A stretch of DNA of 64,000 nucleotides from the human T2T-CHM13v2.0 reference genome, Homo sapiens (GCF_009914755.1 NC_060925.1); one strand, 5' to 3'. Positions 25,238 through 41,447 are shown, counted from the stretch's first letter. The notes: generated by a model from the sequence alone, not told the origin. Numbers and translations are program-made.

Positions 25238-25374
25238 ATCAGGCTTTGCCCGTGTGGAGTCCAAAGTCCTTCCCTAACGAAGTGGAGCCTGAGGGTACAG
25301 GGAAGGAGAAAGACTGGGATCTCAGAGACCAGCTGCAAAAGAAGACTTTGCAGCTCCAGGCCAAGGAAAAGGAG
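25238..25374 (+). CDS. TRAF3IP3: TRAF3IP3 exon 15
   Basis: DQALPVWSPKSF...LQAKEKE; TTTTTAG| and GAG|GTGAGA. Confidence 0.93.
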
Positions 25375-26112
25375 GTGAGAGGGTGACCTGAGATAGTGAG
25401 GGCTCATTTGCGAAATAGCAGAGAAACCTGGGAGGCAGTCAAAAAGCAGGGATTTCAAAGTTTAAGTTGTGAGTGGATAACCACAGACATTCATTTGCCT
25501 ACATAAAGTGTCTGTGCTTTTGGGCTGACTTGTCAATCTTTTCCCTTCCTTATTTATACCAACTCCTATTCAAGGTTTTATTAAATGATTACCTTTTAGA
25601 AAGTCGACCAAAACTCAAACACATTTAATAAAAATATTAACTTCTCAATATGTCGTCCCACATTGAGTATCTTAAGTCTTTATATGTCTCTTAAAGAGTA
25701 AAACTCTTCCTTTGTACATACTCACAAACATACACATCCCCAGAAGTATTGATATGCAACTAGCTCCTGGGAAAGAAACTTGTACTAAGGTCACTTCTAG
25801 GTCGTTTGTTCTATAAGAACTTCATTTTTCGGTGTCTCTCATTTGCAAAGCACTTGCACGTAAAGTCATATAAAAGAACTTAAATGTATAAAATGTAATA
25901 CTATAATATGCATTACTGTCAATCATTTAAATGAACACATTCCAGACAATGTAAGACAGTCAAAAGACAAACTCAAATCCCTGAGAATGGCTGGGAAGGG
26001 AAGATGGTGGTAAAAATTCCAAATGAGTGAAACTTACAAAGGGCAGTCTCCCCTGCCTGGGCTCTGTCCTAGACAGAAGTGACAGTGATGACTTTGGTGA
26101 TGTTCTCCCCAG

Positions 26113-26226
26113 TGCAGAGAACTGCATTCAGAATTAGACAACCTCAGTGACGAGTATCTCTCCTGCCTGCGTAAGCTGCAGCACTGTCGAGAAGAGCTGA
26201 ACCAGAGCCAGCAGCTGCCTCCCAGA
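26113..26226 (+). CDS. TRAF3IP3: TRAF3IP3 exon 16
   Basis: CRELHSELDNLSDEY...QQLPPR; CCCCAG| and A|GTAAGA. Confidence 0.93.
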
Positions 26227-26823
26227 GTAAGAGGGTCTCTCCTTCCCATAAAGCCCTGGATGATGGGACGATTCCTTCTTTAACCAAGTTTTGCACATAA
26301 AATATATCAGCCCACGCCAACAACTGGCCATCCTGTCCCACTGTGCTTGGTTTATACTATACTGACATTATGGCAACCATTGAAAAAAACACTGGCTCGT
26401 CCATCAAAGCCCAACTTTCACAGAACTCTCAATGCCAGAAGGAAAGACTTACTCTTAGCTAAAGTATGAAAGGGTGTTCTTTTAGCCGATGATAAGCATG
26501 GTGGCAAGAACAGAAGGACACAAAAGTACTGGGGAATACAAAGAAAGAATATAATTTTGCTGGGTTATTTTCCACCCTTCATTATTCATATCAGTATTTA
26601 TATATCTGGTCCCTGATGGATACGGCTCCCTGGGCCAGAGAACATTGGTTAAGTGGTTTTATCCCAAGACAGGTGACAAAATGGGAGACAGAGTAAAAAG
26701 CTTTTTCTCCACCACCAACCCAGCGTTTTCCACTGGGCTAGAGTAGGAAGAAGAAAGATTTTTGCCTATATCTTTTCCAATCCACTCATGGCCACTTTCT
26801 TCTGTCTCCCTGTCCCCCTACAG

Positions 26824-26916
26824 AGGCAATGTGGGCGATGGCTCCCAGTGCTGATGGTGGTGATTGCTGCAGCACTGGCAGTGTTCCTGGCCAATAAAGA
26901 CAACCTGATGATCTGA
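26824..26916 (+). CDS. TRAF3IP3: TRAF3IP3 exon 17, coding part (TM anchor and stop)
   Basis: RQCGRWLPVLMVVIAAALAVFLANKDNLMI*; TGA 26914-26916. Confidence 0.95.
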   Translation, partial: RQCGRWLPVLMVVIAAALAVFLANKDNLMI

Positions 26917-27057
26917 ATAATTTGTGACAACTGCCTTGGGTGAAAATCAGAAGCAAGCAACTCAGCGAAAAACTCAGAAGGTTTGGGTACATTACAGCTT
27001 GGGTTTTCCAACTGACTTAGGATTTCTGACTTTTTATTAATTTCTTAACCTACTGTA

Positions 27058-27063
27058 AATAAA
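27058..27063 (+). terminator. TRAF3IP3: TRAF3IP3 polyadenylation signal AATAAA
   Basis: Canonical hexamer ~140 nt after the stop, preceded by TGTA. Confidence 0.75.
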
Positions 27064-27098
27064 CTTCACCTGACCAGATTGTTCCTCAGAACTCTCAG

Positions 27099-27104
27099 TT
27101 TATT
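27099..27104 (-). terminator. C1orf74: C1orf74 proximal polyadenylation signal (AATAAA on minus; second one at 27033-27038)
   Basis: TTTATT on plus strand ~490 nt beyond the C1orf74 stop. Confidence 0.55.
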
Positions 27105-27592
27105 CCTGAATGGTGTATTACATTAACAAGTATCACATATTTAAGCATACTGGTGGTCTACTCTCCTCAAATTCAGTTGGAGGCATATAAACATGCAGAA
27201 AAGCCCCCAGCCCTACTTTCCTAGCATGCAGCACCCACATAGAGCAGGTATATTTACAAGGTTACCATGCAAGAGTGTTTGGCTTGTCTTCCATCACCCT
27301 GCTTTTCCTCTATCATCTCCTTCCTTCTATCTTTTATCCAGTGAAAATGAAAACATCTCCACTAAGAGGACTTCCTAGTATAGAAATGGCAAGTATGTAC
27401 TATCTACCAATTTGCTACTAGCACCACCATTACCTATTTACATGCCCTTTGCATTTGTGGCCAACTGATCTACAGCATTGTGCCTTAGTGTATTCAAGAC
27501 ACTTGGAATTGGCAGTTGAGATGATTATTTGCCATCCCCAACCTAGAGATGATCATTTACTGAGTACCTTCTATATGGGAGGAGAGTTAAAG

Positions 27593-28420
<828 letters not shown>

Positions 28421-29145
28421 CTAGCCCGAGTTCCCTTCCCTGGGTGGCATCTTTCAGCCAGACACTTGAGGAGGGGCCTAGAAACAAAGCAGGAGCAGGG
28501 AATTATTAACAGCCTTCCTGTTAAATCGCGGTATCTTCCAAAGGTTATTCTGTCCCTCCCTGCTTTGAAATGGCGACCCAGCCCAGACAAGATAGTTTCA
28601 CCGATGCTGCTTGATTTTTCTGGTTGACTTGGTCTCCCTCAATCATAAATTCGTGTGTTTTTCTAGCCTTATAGCTAGATTTATATTCCCTCTGGCTTTT
28701 ATTCTAAATTTCACCTGTTGCAAATTACGTTCTCTGGTTCAAACCGTAGGGAATTTGGGGCAGAGGCGGAGGCGGGGCAGTGTTTGGCAAAATTCACAGC
28801 ATTTCGCCCAAAAGCCCTTCTGGGACAGAGCTCCAAGTTCCAAATGTATCCTTTCCACTGACAACTCCCCTACTCTTCCCGCCAGAGAATAGTTATAAGA
28901 ATAGTAATTTGATTAATATACACCAGAATGTGGACTAACAACCATCTCACCCTGACACATAAAAATGAATGAATGAAATCCACTAGAACTGCAGAAGGGT
29001 AGTATTTTAACTTCTGCTGGCCCCGCCTTCCCTTTCTGTCCGACATCAAGGACCCTCGGAAGATGAGATTTCTCCGATCCACACACCCCACACCAGAGCA
29101 TGTTATAGTGATTTGCTAAATGAGGCATAAGTCTGTCTCACATAC

Positions 29146-29330
29146 GTTCTTTTTCCACGTCCGCTACAGGTTCGGGGGCTCAGAAACTTTTTGCGGCTTC
29201 CTGCCTGCTGCCAGAAAGGCAGCTAGTCCCCCACGCCCAGCCGCAAGTAACACTGGAAAACCCGCCTGCGCTGGGAAGACCCTCGCAGCCCGCTCTGCTC
29301 CAGTCCCGCAGGCACCTTCTTGCGCATGCG
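29146..29330 (-). other. C1orf74: C1orf74 5'UTR exon 1 (TSS approximate)
   Basis: Minus-strand donor AAC|GTATGT at 29146/29145 at the edge of the CpG island. Confidence 0.55.
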
Positions 29331-29610
29331 CACCCACTCGAGTGCCGCCCTCTTTCCCCCCATTCCGTGACGTCATCCAGCCGCTCGCGCGCCTCGCGTT
29401 AGAATCACTAGCTAGGCAGCCTTACTGCGCGCCGGAAGTTTGGGCCACCGTGCGGCCCGCCCTTTCCGGCCAGACTGAACGCGGCCCCATCTGTCGGCTT
29501 AGGAACTGGGAAGGGCGGAAGTAAACGAGAAAAGGCGGAACCTGGTGAAACTGGTTTCCCGCTGCTGCCCTCATTTTGCTTCGCCGAACGTCCTCCCTGT
29601 GTTATGACGT
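29155..29610. promoter_or_regulatory. CpG-island housekeeping-type promoter of C1orf74
   Basis: High CpG; NRF1 palindrome TGCGCATGCGCA 29321-29332; CRE TGACGTCA 29368-29375; ETS CCGGAAGT 29432-29439 and GCGGAAGT 29515-29522. Confidence 0.9.
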
Positions 29611-30409
29611 CTGGTGTCCCACTTGACTGGGAATCCAGAAACAGGGCACACAGCAGTTAATAAACACCTTTGATTTGTGTCTGTGGAAATACGTTTTGTC
29701 CAGACGAAACATACCTCAAGACAACATATTTTGCAGAATAGCCTCACCTGTGGGTGGTGCTGAAACGTTTTAATTTTTTTTAACTTGACTTCCCTAAATC
29801 CTACATTTGAGAGGCCTACAACAGCTCTCTAGGGAGGGTGTGAAGGTGTGAGTATTCACTTTGAACAAATATGTGCCAGTCATGCTGCTAGGCCCTGGAG
29901 GTACTGCAGTGAGCAAAACAGACAAAACCCCCACTTTCATGGGGCTTAAGTTCATGTCTACTGAATCCAGTTTGCTGATTTCAAATAAGAAATGAGAAGT
30001 GATGACACAGAGGCTTTCCAGTCAGGTCATTACAAAGAAAAAGTGTTATTTCACGTAAGAGTTAACACCTTTTTAACTACCAGCGATTTGACCCATGCCA
30101 CGAAGGGAAAGGATTTCTTGAGAAAACCCCAATATCTAAGGAAATGGCCCCAATTTATTTATACTTGGAGCAGGACAGAGATTAAGGGAACAGTGGACAC
30201 CTACACTGGAGTTGTCACTCCTGGATCTATCTTGGTGGTGCCTTCAGTCCATGAAAAGTGAATTGTACAGTAAAGATGGGGTCAGCATGGGAGGAGGACC
30301 AGCTTATAGGAGTTACCAGCCTAAGGCTGTCTGGTTCTTAGCTCAGAGGGAATCAGAAGCTGAGAGTAGAAAGTAGTCTTCTAATTTTAGAACGTTTTCC
30401 TTCCCCGCA

Positions 30410-30419
30410 TTTATTTAAT
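30410..30419 (-). terminator. IRF6: IRF6 distal poly(A) signals (overlapping ATTAAA and AATAAA)
   Basis: TTTATTTAAT on plus; implies a ~2.8-kb 3'UTR. Confidence 0.65.
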
Positions 30420-31761
30420 TTTCCCATGGTGGTTAACAGTAAATCCCTAAAAGACTGATTTAGTTCATTCATTTATTCCAGCAACAAATATTTGAGAACA
30501 CACTGTGTCCCAGACACTGTTCTAAGGACTGGCAGCGAAGTCCAAGACAAACAGTCCCTACCTTCAGCAAGTTTGCAGTCAAGCAGGATGCGGATGCTGA
30601 GCATTACAAGGGAAATGATTATTCTGAGAGAGGAAGTATGGGGTGCTATGGGAACATACAACCAGGGACCTAATTTTATGGGAAAGGGACCAGCCCAGAT
30701 CCAACACTTGCTCTCCCAGTTTACCTCCAGTAGGTTCTTTTTAACTTGAACTAATCTTGTTTGGTGGGGTACACAGTGAGGAAAAAGAAGAGCTAGTGAC
30801 AAAATCTAACTCCCTTCTCAGTCTTAAGCAAGGTGAAGGCAAGGGAGTAGAAGATATCAAGGGAGTGAGTGGTGGTAGCCACCAAAGGAGATAGCAGACT
30901 GAGGCCCTAAAAAAAGAAAGGAAATCTAAATCTATCCAGCAGGACCAGAGAAAGAGTGCTGAGGGTGATTAGATGGAATCCCTGCATGTACTCTCCCGGC
31001 ATTCTGAAAAGAAGCCAAAACAAGGAAGAAACCGGGGTATCTAGTTAAGACCTCACAAATCACTCATCCATTCCTCTGACATGTTCATAAACTTTTTATA
31101 GTGGTTACGAACCAAAAGCTTGGCATTTCTTGGCACTTTTCCAATACCCTTTACCAGCTCACATTATCTGGGCTCCCACCCAGGCTACAGATAGCCTGGC
31201 TGTTAGCACTTCACAGAAGGGATATAGACTGGCCCAGATTCAAGAGCTGCCCTTCTAATTTACCTACAGTGGGTTTTTAACTTTGAGTTCCCACGTAGAG
31301 ATGGGGCAGCCAAATATCAAGCCCAAATCCCTCACTTCACCTACTCAACAAAATGACCCCCAAAATGTAAAGTTTCTGTGCCTTTAATGCTTCCCGGTCC
31401 CTAAAAGCCCAACTTTTCCTCGAAGCTGGGCACCTGACCTTTAGCCAGGTTTCTTAATCTTTTCATGCTTTTCATAATAGCAAATTCCACTAGGTCTCTT
31501 AGAAACTCTAAAACCAAGGCTTAAGCACTTTAAATAAATAAGTCCTCATGTCACCACTGATTTTGAACTTTTAGTTTTTAAAATAAGGCTAGCTCAACTT
31601 TTGAGTCATTTTGAAAAGTTGGAGATGGCCTGGTTTAAAGGTACCAGACTAGACATGGGCTTCCTTACTATGTCCCGACACAGACAGATAGGCATCACTA
31701 TTCAAGAGGACTGGGGCTTGCAACCACAGATTAGCATCTTATTTGCCATTTAGGTCCCAGA

Positions 31762-31996
31762 TTGCTTGAGCCCAGGAGTTCAAGACCAGCCTGGGCAACA
31801 TAGCAAGACCTCATCTCTACAAAAATAAAAAAAAAATTAGCCAAGCATCATAGTGCACGACTGTTGTCCCAACTACTCAGGAGGCTGGGGCAGGACGATT
31901 GCTTGAGCCCAGGAGCTTAAAGCTGCAGTAAGTGGTGACTTGCCACTGCACTCCAGCCTGGGCAACAAAGCAAGACTCTGTCTCAAAAAAGAAGAG
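31762..31996 (+). mobile_element. 5'-truncated AluJ in IRF6 3'UTR (antisense to the mRNA)
   Basis: TTGCTTGAGCCCAGGAGTTCAAGACC...GACTCTGTCTCAAAA. Confidence 0.88.
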
Positions 31997-33187
31997 AAAG
32001 CTGAAAGGGTTAGAGACTCAGCAGATGTTTCTAGATAAGACCAGTTTGTGACAGATACAGCTGCATTGTTCTATACCACTCTTTACCTTCACTGTTCACA
32101 CTCAGATACCTCCACTAGTAAGGGAGACAAGCAGGTTCGTGCTAGGTGAGCCTTTCCAGAAGAGTACTGCCCAGCCCTTCTTCATCCCAGCCTTAACACA
32201 CTCAACAACCCATTTCTTCCAACTGCAAAAAATCTAAATGATACTGTCCCTTTTGTAGTCAGAGAAGTACATCTTAGATCCCCAGCTCAGTCTAGCTCAG
32301 AGAAGAAAACAAGAAAAATAGAGCTCTTTCCTCTTAAAGCTAACACCTGAGTCACATACTGTCACCTACCCCCTCTCCCTGCCGCCCCCCCAACACACAC
32401 ACACTGGTATTTGAGTGGTAATAAGGTAAATGCCTGACAACCTATTCTTCCACAGAATCCCTAGGCTTTCTGTGTCAACAGCTTCCCTTTAGAAGCCAAA
32501 TTTGTGAGCTTTCACTCCACAGGCTGGGTGACTTTCAGACTTTGGCACCCATTTCTATTTAGATATCAAGCATAGTTTCTAAGCAACCAGCCAGCCAGCT
32601 CCTCTCCCTCTCACTTCCCCCATCAGGGAGCCAGCTTACTATACTAGCAGAACAGGTCAAACAGAGCTCGATCCTGGACAAATCAGTGCTTGAGGAAACT
32701 TTAACAAAACCAAGGAAAAATGTGGTACAAGAACAATGCAGAAGGATTCTGTTCCAGGCAGTTTAGCCTTGTACAAGTAGAAGAAGGTCATTGAGTCCGT
32801 TCTAAAGCTGGATGCAATTTCAGGCACTACTCCAATCTCTTCACTTTATAAGCAATAAATCTGAAGCCCAGAGGTTAAAGGACTTGTTCAAGGTCACATT
32901 GGAAGCAAAGCTGCAGCTAGAACTTTGGTGTCCAAACTCCCAGGCCAAATCTCCTTCTACTATGCTATATCATACTACCATTAGGAGATTTGAAAAAGAA
33001 AAGCAAAGTCTGAAGGGTGATTTTTCCATAAATTAAATCAGCTTTAAATCTAGGCATATTTGGAGAATCACAAACTTCTAACACTGTTAGAGAAAAGAGA
33101 GATTTAAAAGCTGGTTAAATCTAAACAATAAAAAAATCCATATGTACAATATTATAAAAAAGAGAAGGAAGAAGATGGCATTCACAA

Positions 33188-33460
<273 letters not shown>

Positions 33461-33811
33461 TTAAATAGCACAATGGACCCAAGATTGAAGGACAGACCAA
33501 AGAGGCCCTGAGGAAGACCCCATTCTGATGTCTAAATATAGGATATGCCTTCATCTCTCTGGACCATCCTTCTGCCAAGGCTCACTGTGGAAGTTGGTTC
33601 AAATGAAGGTAAAGAACCTAGATGTAACATTACATCACAGGCCTAAATAAATGACTGCTTACTTTGCAAGACTTTTTACAAAATATCATCTATTGCTTGC
33701 CTTGCTACACAACTCCAGGGGCAAAGCCCAAGTGGCCTTGCTGCCACTTCCTAGAATAAATTTATATTCCTAAAAGTAACTCAAAAGGTTTTTCTAAGAA
33801 AGGCTGGAAAG

Positions 33812-34201
<390 letters not shown>

Positions 34202-34425
34202 CTAAGGTTAGTAAGAGAATGAAAGATAAGATCTCCACTAAATCAATCACCCATTTTAAGGACCCTGCCTTTTCCAGCATGAGTCCTACTGCACAAACCT
34301 GAGTCTGTTACCCCATCTGATGAGACTGAAACCTACATGGGCTGATGGATGCTTGATGAGGGCTCAACCCAGACCTGGGGGCTTAAGCATTGGCAAAAAG
34401 ATGAAGAGTTGTTGACACAGCCTTA

Positions 34426-34659
<234 letters not shown>

Positions 34660-35155
34660 TCACTAGTTTTAAATTAATTAAACAGTTCCTGGGTCACATT
34701 AGTCATATTTACATGCTCAATAGCCACATATGGCTTGTGACAACCATACTGAATAGCACAAATATATTGAACAGTACAAATTACAGAGGGTTCTCTTGGA
34801 CATCATTGATCATGACTTGCAGTTCAAACCACATTGTAAAAAATTGACATCACGGTGCTTTCCCTAAAACTGCCTGCTTGAATTCACCACTCAGATAATT
34901 CCCAAAAGAATATGTGCTATTCTGAACATAACAAACAGGATTACCTTCCAAAGTTAAAGACACGCTGGTAACATTTGAGGTGTAATGACAGGGCTGTCTC
35001 CCTCTTCTGCCATTGAAGGAGCCACAACCAACTTAAAAATAGCTTCCAAGTACATAGCTTTGGAGTGAAACTCCCTTCTTTGTTGCCTAGGTCACCTCCA
35101 ATTTTTAGAACCAAAGTTCTGTTCTCCCTTGACCTCCTCCAGACTAAATTTTTTA

Positions 35156-35689
<534 letters not shown>

Positions 35690-36485
35690 TCACTGCTCTG
35701 CCTGTTCATCCCTGTGACTCATGCAAGTCCATTAAGATCAAGCCACCTTTCAACCAGCATTCAGGAAGGCCACTGCCATAGTTATCCTTCCTGCAATAAA
35801 GGGAGACATCAACATATCCCTGGAATATTCACTCAAAAGGCTGCCTGAAAGCAAACAGTTCAAAGTCCATCTCAACTATTTCTGTTCAATCACCACACCC
35901 CAAAGGCTACAATTGCATCAAGTAAAGTGGTCCTGGTGTCCCCACGCTATACTGACTGAGTCTTCACACCAATGGTCATTGGAAGGAGCTAAAAACTAAG
36001 GTATCTTGTTTGTGTATCATTTTTAGCTTATTGTTTAAAGAAACTTGAGGAAGAAGAAGCAATACCAAACAATTTTTCTGAAAATGACATGTGAACACAC
36101 ACACTGGGGATCTGCTCTAATAATATACCATAAAAGGACACAGTTCACATCAAAGTTAATTTTTACTCAGCAAATCTCCATTGAACCCAATAGCCCCTAT
36201 CAAAGCTACTTAGCCTCTTGGACAAAATTTTATTAATAGCACTCACATGCCTACCATATGTAGTGTGAAAGGGAGACCCAAGCAATGACATTGATTCGTC
36301 ATTGAGATAAATTCGTACCAAATTCAGAAAGAGGTTTTTTTCTGTAGGTCCTAAAGCCTCTCAAAATCCAAGAGCCTCCTCTACCAAATCCATGGCCATT
36401 AACCTCCCTGTTCCACAACTGGCCTTGTCACTAAATCCCCCTGCGTGACTGATAAATCTGGGACTCCTACCCACCTAAGACCTGA

Positions 36486-36857
<372 letters not shown>

Positions 36858-37031
36858 CAGTGTTTCTTTACTTCTTCCCTGGTGACTCATGGGCTAGCCA
36901 GGAAACAGAAACAGAGGATGCCTCTGAGACAGGTAGTTTTTCAATACATGGCAAAGAAATGAAGTTAGAAAGCAGGACAGGAAAGAGTCTATAATAGAAG
37001 CAGAAGACCGAGCAAGAAAGATAAAGTCTCA

Positions 37032-37274
<243 letters not shown>

Positions 37275-38327
37275 TCAGTAGACAAGAACCAAACACTGAA
37301 CCCTGACCCAGTGTGATCTTCCAGCCCATCAGTGATTCCCATAACTAACGCAATAAGAAATAAGGTTCCCCTGCTCCTGCTTCCTAGTCATATTATTTCT
37401 CCCACAAATTCATAGTTTTAAAAACCTTTGTTTGCTGAAGATTAACATAGACATGTGAGTTTTCTCTGGAGGTTAAATTACAAGGAGTAAGACATTCCAT
37501 ACTGTAAAATTTGGCCCCAGCAATTAAATAGAAGCTGGTTGTCTTCCATAAAACGAACTCAGCTAAATTAGCTGATTAGCTTCGAGTAAGTGTTAATGCA
37601 TAGAAATACCTTTAACAACAAACAAATACTTTTACATGCATAAAATGTCTGGAAGGATACTCAAGAACCTAGAAGGATCTGACTCCTCCAGGGAAAGAAA
37701 TGAAAGGTTCAGGGACAGGATAGAAGGAAAACCTTTCCACTGATTTACCTTTTTGTACCATTATGAATGTAAACCATGTGAAAGTATTATTTATTCAAAA
37801 GGATCCAATTAAAAGGTTTAAAAAAAGAAAAAAGAGTATTTCCCTGCTACTGTCAAAGTTGACTTGCTCCAAAGTCTACAGATTTCTCCTCCTAGCCTCA
37901 CCTCTTAGGCATCTATTCTTCAACAATTCTTCATCCTCTGCCCCAACAGCTCTGAAATCACAAAGATTAATGTTTCTTTGACCCTTTTTTTTAGATCATG
38001 TCTCATTCTGTCACCCAGACTGGAGTGCAATGGCACTCTGGTTAAATTTATGGGAACTGGTTAAATTTATGTTCCCATTTTACTTTTTTGTTTTTAGTAT
38101 CTATTCTACAACTTTCCAAAAAAGGATTAAAGGCAGCTCAAAACATAAGGACACACAAATATTAGCTTTAATAAAAGATCAACAGAAATAGGAAATCAGG
38201 ATCCTGGAAATAAACTGCATCCTTTTAGGGGGTGAGAATAACAGAATGAGTCAGCCAGACATTTGAGAAAGGATCCCACATTTCTAGATGTTCAATTTCA
38301 CTAAGCGGGAATGTAACGTGTGGCAAT

Positions 38328-39102
38328 TTTTTGTTTGTGTTTACTTTTATTTTAGTTTCAGGGATACATGTGCAGGTTTGTTATATAGGTGAATTACATG
38401 TCCCGGGGTTTGGTATACAGATTATTTCGTCACCTAGTTAATAAGCGTAGTACCCAATAGGTAGTTTTTTTATCCTCATCCTCCTCCCACCCTCCGTCCT
38501 CAAGGAGGCCCCAGTGTCTATTGTTCCCTTCTTTGTGTCCATGTGTACTCAATGTTTAGCTCCCACTTATGAGTGGGAACACGTAGTATTTGGTTTTCTG
38601 TTCCTGTGTTTTAGTTCACTTAGGATAATGCCCTCCAGCTACATCCATGTTGCTGCAAAAGACATGATCTTACTCTTTTTTATGGCTGCATAGTATTCCA
38701 TGGTATATATGTACCACGTTTTCTTTATCCAGTCCACCATTGATGGGCATTTAATTTGATTCCATGTCTTTGCTATTGTGAATAAGTACTGCAATGAACA
38801 TACGGGTACATGTGTCCCTATGGTAGAACAGTTTATATTCTTTTGGGTATATACCCAATAATAGGATTGCTGGGCCAAAAGGTGATTCTGTTTCAAGTTC
38901 TTTGAGAAATCACCAAACTGCTTTCCACAGTGGCTGGACTAATTTACATTCCCACCAGCAGGATATAAGTGTTCCCTTTTTTCCATAACTTCATCAGCAT
39001 CTGTTATTTTTTGACTTCAATAACAGCCATTCTGACTGGTGTGAGATGGTATTTCATTGTGGTTTCGATTTGTATTTCTCTAATGATTAGTGACATTGAA
39101 CA
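38328..39102 (-). mobile_element. 5'-truncated L1 (old L1PA/L1PB) 3' end, TSD TGTGGCAAT
   Basis: ORF2 C-terminal remnant (...TIAKTWNQIKCPSMVDWIKKTWYIYTMEYYAAIKK); TSD at 38319-38327 and 39103-39111. Confidence 0.92.
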
Positions 39103-40046
39103 TGTGGCAATATTGACCTGCAAGATCTCTATGAAACTTCTCTTTACCCACACTTGGTTGCAAAGATATAAATGAAGGAGGGCCAGTGGACAGACAAGTG
39201 TCATTTCCTGATTCTCAAAGGTAGAGGCATCACCTACGGTAGAGTACCTGAAAATACTAAATAAATCATCTTGTTATCCTAAGTTTTATAGGTGGCACAA
39301 GTTATCTCATTTTGACCCATTGCAGCCAGGTGGTACTAAAAAGACAATGAAAAACTGCTTGGCTGGATGCAAGTCATTTGCGTAGGAGCATTTCAGTGGA
39401 CAAATGAAGTAAAGATGCTGCAGAAAGAGCAATTCAACGTGTGTTCAAGTATCCTCAGAAAACGCAGTGGGAGATTCAGTACCTGCTCTGTCACACGGTG
39501 AATTCTCAAGCTCCCAACTCAATTTTCCTAGGAAGCTGGATTCAAAAGCCCATAAAAGAAAAGTCTCTTGCAGATAAATCCTATCAGAGCCAAGTACTAT
39601 CAGCTACAGACATCACAAGTTTCCCGTGATACAGCCTAGGCAGAGTAGTCCTTGTGAAGGAAGTGACACAGAATTTATACCAAGGGAAATATTAGAAGAG
39701 TTTGCCCGTAACTCGAAAAAATGACACTGTACTTGGCCTGACGGAAATTGGCAAAATGTGTAACTGATGATATATTTGTATGTTGGGTTAAGAATGAATT
39801 CAAATTTTTTATTTCTTTGAATTAGCACATAAGCTTCCAAAGATGTTCTATTGCCTGGAACCCACCCAACTCTACTGGGATAACTGAGCCAACAGGGAGT
39901 TCCTCACCTCTGACTCCCACTTGCTAACAGTCCAGCAGTCTGGCTGCAGGGACTGATCCTGCTTTCAGGGCAGTGGTGGCCAATGTATTGACAGTCCCAA
40001 GGTCAAAACTCCTTACATCCTCCATATGTCTCTGTACCACCCATCA

Positions 40047-40220
<174 letters not shown>

Positions 40221-41056
40221 TCAGGTTGCACTGCCACCCCTGCAGCTGACCCACCATTCAAGCTAGGGACTGCTAGCCCAGAGGCTCCTCAGGTTCAGTA
40301 CACACCCTCAATGTCCTAGCTAAAAAGAGTGAGAATCAAGGGAATGAACACTTCTCTCATGGAAGGACCTCCCTAGATTCACTGGAGCACATATCTAAAT
40401 TATCTGGCTGTTAGTACTTGTTAAGTATGCAGTTAATTGGAGGGATCAGGAGATATTCTCTTAGTCAAAGTATCCTATGAATTAAACGATCAGTCACCCA
40501 ATATGTATAAAGAACTTATTACCCTGATCTTGTCACTATTATATGTACCAAAACATCACTATATACCCAACGAATATGTACAATTATTATTTGTCAATTA
40601 AAAAATTTTTTTAACAGATCATGTTAATTTTTTTTTACAGATCATGTTAATTGATTCTCACACTAGCTTTTGAAGTAAATAGGAAAGCTGAGATCCCATA
40701 TTTTAGAGTTGAAGAAACTGAGGCTTACAAGAGGTAAAATGACTTGATTCAAGTCCCACAAGTAGTAAAGTGATAAGGGCCAGGTTTAGAACGCAAACCT
40801 TTTAAGCTTTAATCCCTTCTCCTTCAAAACTACCTGGCCTCTTGAATCCCAAAAGAGGCTACTTTTACAGTAGAACTGTATACCCCTCCACTTTCTAATG
40901 CTTTAAGTAACCAGGTTAAAAAACATTCCCCTAAGTAAGCAAGATTTTGCTGAGTCTGCATCTTTTGTTTTCTGGGTCCTTCCCAGAGAAAGGCTTTCTT
41001 GCTTTATCCATCTTAAACTGTGTAAATCAGGCTGTTTTCAAGTTGACTATCTCTTA

Positions 41057-41380
<324 letters not shown>

Positions 41381-41399
41381 TTACCCTTTCTCATAGACA

Positions 41400-41402
<3 letters not shown>

Positions 41403-41447
<45 letters not shown>
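41403..41447. repeat. (AC)~22 microsatellite, IRF6 intron 3
   Basis: Direct observation. Confidence 0.95.

Noticed and set aside
38639-39204. ORFs resembling L1 ORF2
   Set aside because: Fragmented remnant of a truncated, inactive L1
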